From Candidatus Woesearchaeota archaeon (GTDB lineage: Archaea > Nanobdellota > Nanobdellia > Pacearchaeales > GW2011-AR1), in assembly GCA_964623495.1 (NCBI GenBank), contig CAZUTV010000001.1, positions 44,682 through 108,681 of the forward strand: a stretch of 64,000 nucleotides of DNA, read 5' to 3'. The notes beneath the pieces were generated by a model that ran no database searches, was not told the DNA's origin, and saw only the letters and a program-made list of their open reading frames with translations. Shown piece by piece: positions 28,628 to 37,405 of this stretch (position 1 is the first letter of the stretch; each line of letters begins with the position of its first letter). Both the position numbers and the translations under genes were made by a program.

Positions 28628-30013
28628 ATGAAATCGCGAGCTGTTTTTGACACTGCCACTAAAGAAGATTTGAAGTTTAAGGCTCTTCCAGGAATAAGCG
28701 AGGAGCTTGTAAGAATGATTTCAAATGACAAACAGGAGCCAGAATGGATGCTTAACAAAAGGCTTCTGGGGTTAAAGCTCTTCTTTGAAAAGCCCATGCC
28801 TAATTGGGGCCCAGAGCTTGCTGACCTTGATATAAACAAGATTCATCTGTATATGCGGCCAAATGCAGATAGGAACTCGAGAAAGTGGGAAGATGTCCCT
28901 TTAGAAATAAGAGAAACTTATGAAAGACTGGGAATTCCAGAGGCTGAGAAAAAAGCGCTTGCAGGAGTAGGAGCGCAATATGAAAGTGAGGTCATATACC
29001 ATAATTTAAAAGAATCGCTGAAAGAAAAAGGTGTTGTTTTCTTAGATATGGATGAAGCAGTTAAACAATACCCGGACTTGGTTCAAAAGTATTTTATGAC
29101 TAACTGCGTAAACCCAAACCTCCATAAGTTTGCATCGCTTCATGCCGCTGTCTGGAGCGGCGGAACTTTTATATATGTTCCAAAAAACACAAAAGTCGAT
29201 CTTCCTCTTCAGGCTTACTTCAGAATGAACGCAAAAAAAGGCGGACAATTTGAGCACACCTTGATAATAGCAGATGAGGGCAGTGAAGTCCATTATATTG
29301 AGGGGTGTTCTGCCCCCCAGTATTCAGAAAACTCACTCCATGCAGGCTGTGTTGAAATTCATGTTCTAAAAAACGCCAAAGTAAGATACACAAGCATTGA
29401 AAACTGGAGCAAGAATACGTATAACTTAAACACTAAAAGGGCAATTGTGCATGAAGATTCTACTATAGAATGGATTAATGGTAATATGGGGAGCAAAGTC
29501 ACAATGCTTTATCCCTGCAGCGTTCTTGTGGGCAAAAACTCAAGGACAGAATATCTTGGAATCGCTTATGCCGGAAAAGACCAGCATCAAGATACAGGAT
29601 GCAAGGTTTACCATATTGGAGAAAACACAAGTTCTTTGATTGTAAGCAAAGGGATAAGCAAGGGTGGAGGAATAAGTTCTTACAGAGGATTTATAAAAAT
29701 AAATCAAGGGGCAATAAATTCCAAGACCAGTGTTAGATGCGATGGTTTAATGCTGGACAGCGAAAGCAAAGCAACAACCTTTCCCAGCATGGAAGTTGAA
29801 GAAAGCCAGGTGGAAGTGGCGCACGAAGCAGCTGTCGGAAAAATCGGCGAAGACCAGTTATTTTACTTAATGTCAAGAGGATTAAGCGAGGATGAAGCAA
29901 CAAAAATGATAGTCTCTGGTTTCATAGAGCCTGTTGTCAAGCAGCTTCCCTTAGAATATGCTGTAGAATTAAATAGGCTTATTGAGCTAGAAATAGAGAA
30001 TTCGGTATGTTAA
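28628..30013 (+). CDS. sufB: Fe-S cluster assembly protein SufB
   Basis: SufB/SufD beta-helix core (FEHTLIIADEGSEVHYIEGCSAP). Confidence 0.9.
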   Translation: MKSRAVFDTATKEDLKFKALPGISEELVRMISNDKQEPEWMLNKRLLGLKLFFEKPMPNWGPELADLDINKIHLYMRPNADRNSRKWEDVPLEIRETYERLGIPEAEKKALAGVGAQYESEVIYHNLKESLKEKGVVFLDMDEAVKQYPDLVQKYFMTNCVNPNLHKFASLHAAVWSGGTFIYVPKNTKVDLPLQAYFRMNAKKGGQFEHTLIIADEGSEVHYIEGCSAPQYSENSLHAGCVEIHVLKNAKVRYTSIENWSKNTYNLNTKRAIVHEDSTIEWINGNMGSKVTMLYPCSVLVGKNSRTEYLGIAYAGKDQHQDTGCKVYHIGENTSSLIVSKGISKGGGISSYRGFIKINQGAINSKTSVRCDGLMLDSESKATTFPSMEVEESQVEVAHEAAVGKIGEDQLFYLMSRGLSEDEATKMIVSGFIEPVVKQLPLEYAVELNRLIELEIENSVC

Positions 30014-30393
30014 ACAAAATAAATTCAAATCCGCTTCACAGAGAAGAGCTCCTGGATATTTACTCTAAAAGGCCAAATTACGGAGCATTAAATACAAAAA
30101 CCCACGAGGCTTCCCTAAAAAACCCCTCCTGTGATGACACGATAAACCTAGAAATAGAGGTAGAAAAAGGAATTATAAAAAATGCTAAATTTTCAGGACA
30201 AACCTGCCTGATTAGCACAATCTCTGCATCAATTTTAACTGGAAAGATCAAAGGAATGAAAATAGAAGAGGTCTTAAAGCTGGGTAAATCGGATATAGAT
30301 AAATTCCTCGGAACAGAAGTAATTCTCACAAGAGCCGGCTGTGAACTGCTTCCTCTTGAAGCAATTAAGCAAGCATTAAAAAATAAAAAATAA
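30007..30393 (+). CDS. SufU/IscU-like Fe-S scaffold
   Basis: Three Cys at SufU-like positions (NPSCDD, GQTCLIS, RAGCELL). Confidence 0.6.
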   Translation: MLNKINSNPLHREELLDIYSKRPNYGALNTKTHEASLKNPSCDDTINLEIEVEKGIIKNAKFSGQTCLISTISASILTGKIKGMKIEEVLKLGKSDIDKFLGTEVILTRAGCELLPLEAIKQALKNKK

Positions 30394-30394
30394 G

Positions 30395-31135
30395 ATGGCA
30401 TTAAAAATTCAAGGCCTAAAATCAGAAATAGGTGGAAAAGAAATACTTAAAGGAGTTAATCTTGAACTTGAAAAAGGAAAAATCTATGCTTTAATGGGGC
30501 CTAACGGATCAGGAAAGTCAACTCTTGCTAATATTATTATGGGAAATCCCCAATATAAAGTAACCTCTGGAAGAATAATTCTAAATCAACAGGAAATAAC
30601 AAACTTGGCCCCAGACAAAAGGGCAAAGGAAGGCATTTTTATGAGTTTTCAAAACCCAAAAGAGATTCAGGGAGTAACTATCGCTAATCTAATTAAAAGA
30701 GCCTATAATGAGCTAAACCCAAAGAAAACACTCTTTGATGCCAAGGATAAATTGAATTCTTCGCTAAAAGATCTTCATCTAGAAAAATCCTTTTCCGAGA
30801 GGTATGTAAACGAAGGTTTTAGCGGAGGAGAAAAGAAAAAATCAGAGATACTTCAGCTGCTTTCTTTAGACCCCAAAATAGTCATTTTAGATGAAACAGA
30901 TTCTGGGTTGGATATTGATGCATTAAGAACTGTTGCCCAGGGAGTCAATAAATTTTTCAGCAGAGAAAAAACAGTGCTTATTATCTCACACTACAAGAGA
31001 ATATTCAACTTCATAAAACCAGACAAGGTTATTATTATGATTAATGGTAAAATTGCCTTAGAGGGCAACACAGATTTAATAGACCACCTTGAAGAAAAAG
31101 GCTATGGATGGATAACTGAAGAAAATTCAGGATAA
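30395..31135 (+). CDS. sufC: Fe-S cluster assembly ATPase SufC
   Basis: ABC Walker A GPNGSGKST, signature FSGGEKKK, Walker B ILDETDSGLD. Confidence 0.9.
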   Translation: MALKIQGLKSEIGGKEILKGVNLELEKGKIYALMGPNGSGKSTLANIIMGNPQYKVTSGRIILNQQEITNLAPDKRAKEGIFMSFQNPKEIQGVTIANLIKRAYNELNPKKTLFDAKDKLNSSLKDLHLEKSFSERYVNEGFSGGEKKKSEILQLLSLDPKIVILDETDSGLDIDALRTVAQGVNKFFSREKTVLIISHYKRIFNFIKPDKVIIMINGKIALEGNTDLIDHLEEKGYGWITEENSG

Positions 31136-31158
31136 AAAATTGCTAGTTTAAAAAAAGA

Positions 31159-32145
31159 CTAAATAACCCCTTCTTCAAGAAATTTTTCCCAGCTTTTCTC
31201 GCCAAGTCCAACCAATGCTTCTTTGTAGCTTAAAATAGACTTATTGTATTTTGCAAAGTCATCTACAGCAATTCTTGGGCATGCGAGTTCGACAAAGCAG
31301 TCGATGTTTGGAAAATTAGTAAGCTTGTCAATACTTACCTCATTCATTAAGAGAATGACTGCATTTTTTCCTTTTTGTCTGAACTTTTCAAGCAGAATCT
31401 TTGGAGATCCGAAATTCTGTCCGGGCTTAACTTCGATGATTATCCCAATATTCTTGGATGTTTTGAATCTCTCTATAGAAGCAAACCTCTGTTTTATTAT
31501 CTTATCTTTGGCTAGGCCCATTTCTATAACCTCGTCATTATAAACATCGAGCAAAAAAACAGGCTTGTTAACAGATAAGACAGCCCCAAGAGAATGAAAT
31601 CTATTCCCAACAACCACAAAACAATCAACGTTTCCTTGAATTGCCTTCAGCCCAGAATACTGACAGCCAACAATATGCCCTTCATAAGCAACTCTTCCCA
31701 GTTTTTTTGATAGGCTAACTGTCTTTTTATTGCTTTCATAAAATTTAATTATTTTTTCAGCATCATGCCTGTGTTGTATGGAGTAAGAAAGCCCAATTTT
31801 CTTGAATTTCTCCAACTTTTTTAGAGATTTTTTAAGAATTGGCTCTAAATTCAACATATCTTTGACTTCAACATAAATTACAGGGAAATCAGATTTCATG
31901 AATTCAGCATGCCCGAAATGAACAATTAAATCAGCCCCTACTGCCTTTGCCTCGCTCAAGGCCAAAGAACAACCTCCCCAGCAAGTATCACCTGAAAAAA
32001 CAACATCTATTCCTAAGCCTTCAATTTTCTTAGATAAGTCAAAAACCTTGTTTTTTATTCCTTCAGGTAACTGAACCAAAACCCTCTTTGGTTTTCTCTT
32101 ATTTAATTCTCTTATTAAGTTTTCTTCTTCAAAATCTAAAGTCAT
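31159..32145 (-). CDS. dph2: diphthamide synthesis protein Dph2 (archaeal 2-(3-amino-3-carboxypropyl)histidine synthase)
   Basis: Archaeal Dph2 length and three-domain Cys pattern (GDTCWGGC, VGCQYSG, ELACPRIAVD). Confidence 0.7.
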   Translation of the reverse strand: MTLDFEEENLIRELNKRKPKRVLVQLPEGIKNKVFDLSKKIEGLGIDVVFSGDTCWGGCSLALSEAKAVGADLIVHFGHAEFMKSDFPVIYVEVKDMLNLEPILKKSLKKLEKFKKIGLSYSIQHRHDAEKIIKFYESNKKTVSLSKKLGRVAYEGHIVGCQYSGLKAIQGNVDCFVVVGNRFHSLGAVLSVNKPVFLLDVYNDEVIEMGLAKDKIIKQRFASIERFKTSKNIGIIIEVKPGQNFGSPKILLEKFRQKGKNAVILLMNEVSIDKLTNFPNIDCFVELACPRIAVDDFAKYNKSILSYKEALVGLGEKSWEKFLEEGVI

Positions 32146-32199
32146 TTAAATTAACCCCAAACTGCATTTATAAGATTTTCCGATAAAGCAAAAGCTAGC

Positions 32200-32236
32200 T
32201 AAAGAATAAAAATAAGAATAAGGATAAAAAATAAAA
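32200..32236 (-). terminator. oligo-T terminator after pilin gene
   Basis: Minus strand reads TTTTTTATTTTTTATCCTTATTCTTATTTTTATTC. Confidence 0.35.
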
Positions 32237-32238
32237 AA

Positions 32239-32682
32239 CTAAAATGCGTATGTTGCCGGTGGGCTACAAATGTGGTTTTGTCCTGTAGTATCCTTAAAGT
32301 AAGGAGATACTTCGACTGAAGAAGGAGCTATAAGGTCATTAGCAGCAGTTAATGTTTTTGTTTCTAAAGCTCCTACATTTCCGCTAACATCAACAATAGT
32401 GCTAGATGCAGTTCCATTTTTGTATACTACCATCACACCTGAGAGGTCTTCTCCTCCTGCGCTCCTACTAACAATAACTCCTGTAGGATCAGTGGCACCC
32501 CCCGTGATATTTGTTACACTTAAAGCAACCTGAAAGCACTTGGCTCCGTAATCCACGCTTTGTGAACCTCCCTCTACAATTCCCCTAATAACTACCCAGA
32601 TAATCCCTATAGCTACAAGTACAAGAAGAATTATAATAAGGGTTGTTACAACCGTAGACAATCCTCTTTTATTATTAATCAT
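32239..32682 (-). CDS. archaeal type IV pilin-like protein (class III signal peptide), paralogue of 27708-28172
   Basis: MINNKRGLSTVVTTLIIILLVLVAIG. Confidence 0.65.
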   Translation of the reverse strand: MINNKRGLSTVVTTLIIILLVLVAIGIIWVVIRGIVEGGSQSVDYGAKCFQVALSVTNITGGATDPTGVIVSRSAGGEDLSGVMVVYKNGTASSTIVDVSGNVGALETKTLTAANDLIAPSSVEVSPYFKDTTGQNHICSPPATYAF

Positions 32683-32727
32683 CTCAACCTCCTTTCATCA
32701 CCTATTTATTAATATCTATGTTTAATT

Positions 32728-32745
32728 AAGCAAAATCCGATATTT
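32728..32745 (-). promoter_or_regulatory. TATA-box-like element upstream of pilin gene
   Basis: ATATTTAAATGTTTT about 45 nt upstream of the start. Confidence 0.35.
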
Positions 32746-32753
32746 AAATGTTT

Positions 32754-33962
32754 TTATGCTCTATTGAAATTATCCAAAACCTCGAAAAAATCCTTGCTAG
32801 AAATAACTTTATCCACTTCTGTAAGGCCTCTTTGCTCTATAAACTTGGCAAAAGCATCTGGCTTATAGCCTCTTTTCCTTAAAGAAGATATTGTTGGGAG
32901 TTTTTCGTCATCATATCCTGAAAATTCCCCGGATTCTATTAAAGCAGAAATTTTTCTTTTTGACAAAACAAGGTCAGTAAACTTAACTCTTCCAATAAAG
33001 AAAACCCAAGGAAACTTCTTGTGAAATACCTCAAAAACTAGTTTCTGCCTCTCTGCATTATCCCTATGGTCCTTTCCCCTTATTACATGAGTCATACCTA
33101 ACTCCATATCATCCACACTTACAACCAGGTTCATCAAAGGCCAAACTCTGTATTTTTTCTTCTGCAAGGGATGCTCTTTAAGACTTATTCTTGCAAGCGG
33201 AAAATCTCTCATAGCCGGATTTTTATGGGTCATTGAACTTTTGAACCTTAAAACAACCTCGCCTTCCTTGTATCCCGTCTTAGAAAGCATTTTCTTCCAT
33301 CTTTTTACGTTCTCTTCGACATCTAGATGCCTGCACGGGCATTCTGTTTTTGATTCTGAATGATGCCTGAATGCGTCTTGTGAGCAGGTGCATACATAAG
33401 ACTTTCCTTTTTTTATTAATTCTTCAGCGTACTGATAATATGTCTTCATTCTATCAGAGCTATTTATGTACTGGTATACATTCCCAAAAATCCAGTCGCA
33501 GTCTTCTTTTATTTTTTTATAAGAGTCTACCTGTACTGTTGTTGGGTCAGTATCATCAACAATAACATAGAATTTTCCCCCATATTTTTTAATATAAAGA
33601 GAGGAGACTAAATTTGAGATTATGTGCCCGACATGCAGTGGACCAGAAGGCGCTGGCCTGAACCTCATTATAACCCCTGTTTTCTTAACATCTGGAAGTT
33701 CAGGCAAGCCTTCCCTGCTAGTTCTCTCGCTGATAATCTCACGTAATCTCTCAAATTCTTTTTTTTGATTATCTAGCGATAAGGAGTTAATCTCTTTAAC
33801 ACAATCATTAATCTTTGGCATAACCTCCCTAACTTCTTCCTTTTTCAGCCCTTCATTAAATAAAGCACTTATGACACTTCCTGGATTAGCTTTTCCATTA
33901 TAAGCAACTGCATTTTTCAAGGCATAAGCTTTTATTTTTTTAGCTAGGTTTTTAATTGTCAT
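32754..33962 (-). CDS. gltX: glutamyl-tRNA synthetase, archaeal type, lacking the C-terminal anticodon-binding region
   Basis: Archaeal-type N-terminal YALKNAVAYNGKANPG region; class I HVGH; Zn knuckle YVCTCS...CPCRHL; KMSKS-like VLSKR; stops at about 400 aa where archaeal GluRS continues for about 150 aa. Confidence 0.75.
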   Translation of the reverse strand: MTIKNLAKKIKAYALKNAVAYNGKANPGSVISALFNEGLKKEEVREVMPKINDCVKEINSLSLDNQKKEFERLREIISERTSREGLPELPDVKKTGVIMRFRPAPSGPLHVGHIISNLVSSLYIKKYGGKFYVIVDDTDPTTVQVDSYKKIKEDCDWIFGNVYQYINSSDRMKTYYQYAEELIKKGKSYVCTCSQDAFRHHSESKTECPCRHLDVEENVKRWKKMLSKTGYKEGEVVLRFKSSMTHKNPAMRDFPLARISLKEHPLQKKKYRVWPLMNLVVSVDDMELGMTHVIRGKDHRDNAERQKLVFEVFHKKFPWVFFIGRVKFTDLVLSKRKISALIESGEFSGYDDEKLPTISSLRKRGYKPDAFAKFIEQRGLTEVDKVISSKDFFEVLDNFNRA

Positions 33963-34561
33963 TTTTCATTCTCCTTTATCTTCTTCTCAACTCCTTTAAT
34001 GACTTTGGGTCTTATCTTAAACCATTCCTCTTTTAGTAAGCCATAGATATTTTCATCATGAATTTTTCCAGTAGATTTAGCAATAACTGTTTTTCTCTTC
34101 ATGCCCTCGTGTGTAAATCCGAGCTTTTGAGACATTTTATTTGATGCTTTATTCTCAACGAAAGCGGATGTTTCTATCTTTCTCAATTTAAGTTTATTAA
34201 ATGCAAAGTCAAGAACAGGAACTTTAGCTTCTAAGATATATCCCCTTCTCCAATATTTTTTATTGATCCAGGACCCGGTATGGCCTTTTTTGCTCTGGTT
34301 ATCAATTCCGTGTATTGTTGTAACCCCAATAACTTTTTTCTCTGCTTTCAACTCCATAAAGAAGACATACTCTTTTTTGTTCTTTTTCTTTAGCTCCTTA
34401 AGCTTAGAATTTATCCACCACAATGCATCCTTTTTCTTGTAAGGATGCGGAACAACCAAGAGCATTCCCGATACTTCTATCTCTTTAACTCCTTCAACAA
34501 TGTCCTTCCAATCGCTTTTTCTTGGAGGCCTTAAAATAAGTCTCTTTGTTTTTATTATCAT
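33959..34561 (-). CDS. GNAT-family acetyltransferase (RimJ/RimL-like)
   Basis: KRLILRP N-terminus and GNAT motifs. Confidence 0.7.
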   Translation of the reverse strand: MIIKTKRLILRPPRKSDWKDIVEGVKEIEVSGMLLVVPHPYKKKDALWWINSKLKELKKKNKKEYVFFMELKAEKKVIGVTTIHGIDNQSKKGHTGSWINKKYWRRGYILEAKVPVLDFAFNKLKLRKIETSAFVENKASNKMSQKLGFTHEGMKRKTVIAKSTGKIHDENIYGLLKEEWFKIRPKVIKGVEKKIKENEK

Positions 34562-34641
34562 GTCTTAAAGAATAAAGATGGATTAATAAAATTATCTTAA
34601 AGTATATAAAACCTTAAATATTAATTAAGATAATTATAGCA

Positions 34642-34830
34642 ATGGGCGAAGATAAGAAATTGGAAGATAAAGCCAAAGAACCACGATTTAATCCTGATTG
34701 GTCTCCAAACCACCCCCATAATAAGGAAGTTGCTAGAAGATTAGGTTTAACCTATGATCCTTCACTACAAATGTATGTAGATGATGAAGGGTGTCTTATA
34801 AGAGACAGATACGGTCAGCCTTTGGGATAA
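34642..34830 (+). CDS. hypothetical small protein
   Basis: ORF only. Confidence 0.3.
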   Translation: MGEDKKLEDKAKEPRFNPDWSPNHPHNKEVARRLGLTYDPSLQMYVDDEGCLIRDRYGQPLG

Positions 34831-34838
34831 CTTAAAAT

Positions 34839-35228
34839 TTATTCAGAACCAGTAAATCTTGTTCTTTTTTCCAGAAGTTCAACTCTTTGAGTAATGTGAT
34901 AAACCTGATTGCTTAAATCTTCAATTCTATCAGTAAGATCCATAAGCCTCTTTGCAAGTCTTTTCCTTCTCTCTTCAATGCTTGCATTAGGATCATCATA
35001 ATCGCTTGAGCTTGAAGAACCTGATGCAGAAGCCAAATTTCCTAAAAAAGCAAAATCACTTCCAGATTGCTGGGAGGAAGCTGTTGGTTGTAATGCTTTC
35101 CCTTTAGTCTTATTGAATTTCTGCTCGTCATTATAGCTGCTAGCAAGATCCAGCACCTTCTCTTTTTTTCCAAATCCAAGAAAACTCATGAAAAATAAAA
35201 GATAAACTGATTTATAAGTATTTCTCAA
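34839..35228 (-). CDS. hypothetical protein with Ser-rich region and C-terminal coiled coil
   Basis: ORF. Confidence 0.35.
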   Translation of the reverse strand: MRNTYKSVYLLFFMSFLGFGKKEKVLDLASSYNDEQKFNKTKGKALQPTASSQQSGSDFAFLGNLASASGSSSSSDYDDPNASIEERRKRLAKRLMDLTDRIEDLSNQVYHITQRVELLEKRTRFTGSE

Positions 35229-35232
35229 TTAT

Positions 35233-37026
35233 TTAATCTCCAAGGTAACCGCCTTTCTGCAGATTCCAGAGTTTTCTGTACTCTCCAGGCCTTCTAATTA
35301 AATCAAGATGCTTTCCTTCTTGGATTATCTTACCTTCTTTCATAACAATTATCCTGTCTGCATTCATAATGGTTGAAAGCCTATGCGCAATTATTATTGA
35401 AGTTCTTCCTTTAAGCAATTCGCTAAGCGCTTCTTGTATTTTATGCTCGGTTTCTGAGTCTAATGAAGAAGTTGCCTCATCAAGAACAAGAATTTTTTTA
35501 TTTGCTAAAATTGCCCTTGCTATAGAAACTCTCTGTTTTTCTCCTCCAGACAGCTTTACTCCTCTTTCTCCAACAATAGTATTCTCTTTGTAAGGAAATG
35601 CTTTCACAATATCATAAAGCCTGGCAAGTTTTATTGCATTCATGACCTCGCTTCTTGAAGCGTCTGGCTTTGCGAATTTTATGTTATTATAGATTGTATC
35701 ATCAAACAAAAGACATTCCTGGGGAACAATCCCTGTTTCTCCCCTTACCGATTCCTGCTTGAAATCTCTTAAATCTCTCCCATCTATAAGTATCTGCCCG
35801 GAATCAACATCATAAAATCTGTTTAGCAGTTTAACAATTGTTGTTTTCCCAGATCCGGAATGCCCCACAAGGGCAATTTTTTCGTTTTCCTTTATTTTTA
35901 AATTAAAATTCTTCAGCAATTTTCTGTGTCCGTAGCTGAAAGAAACGTCTCTAAATTCAATGACTCCTTTCTGAATATCTATGTTCTTTGCTCCGGGTTT
36001 GTCTTTTATCTCGTTCTCTTTCTTCCCGTATTCAAATAAATCTTGGAAATCGGCCATGGATCTATAAAATCCCCTAATTCCCCCAACAAAGCCAAACATT
36101 GCCCCGACAATCTGGGAATAAACAGTGTAAACAAAAACAAGAGTTCCAAGACTCAATTCTCCGGCCAAAAACTCTTTTATTGGGAAGTAAATTAAGAAAA
36201 ATGTTCCAAGGGTAAGTATAAATGACTGGCCTGCATCAAACCACCTAAAATAACCCCAGTATTTCCATGCAGTGTTTTTTGATTTTAGGGCTTTTTTTTC
36301 ATACTGCGCCTTTACAAGCTGCTCTTTTCCAAGATATTTTACAGAATCTATATTCATAAAAACATCGCTTATCATGCCTTTTTCTCTGTCTTCTGCTTTA
36401 ATAAAATCAAGCTTTGATTTCTGCTGCAATTCTAGTATGTAATAACTATAAATTGTGAATACAATCGTTGTTAAGAGAATTACAATTGCAGGAACGATGC
36501 TGAAATAAGCAAGAGAAAACATCACAACAACTATATTGATAAATAAAGGAATAAAGTTAAACGTGAGGATATCTGTCATATTCTCTACTGCCCCAGCTCC
36601 TCTAATCATCCTAGAAACCATTGACCCGGTTCTGTGTGTTGTATGGAAGTTATGATCCAAATCAACAATATGGTTAAAATACTTCCTCTTTATATCTAAA
36701 ATAATCTTTATATCTAATTTTGCTAGGAAATAGTGTGTAAACCACTTAGAAATAATTCTTACAGCTCTGGCAGTTAGATAAATTATCACTATGACCATCA
36801 GGGTTTTTACAAAAATATCTGCCAGTAAGCTCCCCTCGATGAATCTGGCCCCGTCGTCTATTATTCTCTTGAATAGGAATTTTTCAACAACAGGAAGAGT
36901 CTCTGCAACAAGAGAAACAAACAAAAGCAAAAAGAACAAACCCTTGTACTTGCCCAAGACCTTCCAGTATTCTCTAAGATTATACCTAAAATCTATTTTT
37001 TCTCCGTGTCTTCCTTTCATCTTCAT
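35233..37026 (-). CDS. ABC transporter, fused permease/ATPase (exporter type)
   Basis: 6-TM domain, Walker A GHSGSGKTT, LSGGEKQR signature, Walker B ILVLDEATS. Confidence 0.85.
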   Translation of the reverse strand: MKMKGRHGEKIDFRYNLREYWKVLGKYKGLFFLLLFVSLVAETLPVVEKFLFKRIIDDGARFIEGSLLADIFVKTLMVIVIIYLTARAVRIISKWFTHYFLAKLDIKIILDIKRKYFNHIVDLDHNFHTTHRTGSMVSRMIRGAGAVENMTDILTFNFIPLFINIVVVMFSLAYFSIVPAIVILLTTIVFTIYSYYILELQQKSKLDFIKAEDREKGMISDVFMNIDSVKYLGKEQLVKAQYEKKALKSKNTAWKYWGYFRWFDAGQSFILTLGTFFLIYFPIKEFLAGELSLGTLVFVYTVYSQIVGAMFGFVGGIRGFYRSMADFQDLFEYGKKENEIKDKPGAKNIDIQKGVIEFRDVSFSYGHRKLLKNFNLKIKENEKIALVGHSGSGKTTIVKLLNRFYDVDSGQILIDGRDLRDFKQESVRGETGIVPQECLLFDDTIYNNIKFAKPDASRSEVMNAIKLARLYDIVKAFPYKENTIVGERGVKLSGGEKQRVSIARAILANKKILVLDEATSSLDSETEHKIQEALSELLKGRTSIIIAHRLSTIMNADRIIVMKEGKIIQEGKHLDLIRRPGEYRKLWNLQKGGYLGD

Positions 37027-37261
37027 AAATTTTATATACTTCCAGTACCTTTATTTATAATGAAAAAGCTGACTATCGAGTCAGGTTCGGTATTTGATTA
37101 TAAGGAATCTGATACTGATCAGGACGAACTCGAAGAGCCTTTTCCCGATTCTAAAGAGGAAGAAGACGTTTCTTCCGTTAACTAAAAAACAATTTTTACC
37201 TTATAAACCTTTTTTCCTTAGCATTTTTGGAAAAGCTCATTATCAAAACCTTTTTTAATCT

Positions 37262-37405
37262 CCTCTTCCTTAATTTAACCATGGTTGAATATCGAATCAC
37301 TCAGAGGCATCGAAAAGATTCGACCTCGGTTGCTGGATCGAGAATTTACACGAATAATTCAAAAGGAGTGTGGGTTCGAGCAATAAAAACCCGCCGGAGG
37401 TTTTT
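37262..37405 (+). promoter_or_regulatory. GC-enriched structured leader / candidate cis-regulatory or small RNA element
   Basis: About 45% GC versus about 33% context; hairpins TCGAATC(16 nt loop)GATTCGA and CTCG..CGAG; terminal stem AAAAACC-CGCCGGA-GGTTTTT occludes the GGAGG SD 6 nt before the ATG at 37406. Confidence 0.3.

Noticed and set aside
28600-28839. 79-aa minus-strand ORF
   Set aside because: Antisense to the 5' end of sufB.
37262-37405. tRNA, 5S rRNA or fluoride/ZTP riboswitch identity for the GC-rich element
   Set aside because: No acceptor/T-arm cloverleaf, no 5S GAUGGUA / GAGAGUAGG motifs, no GCUGAUGA or CCGCCUGGGCA riboswitch cores. Left as an unclassified structured leader.
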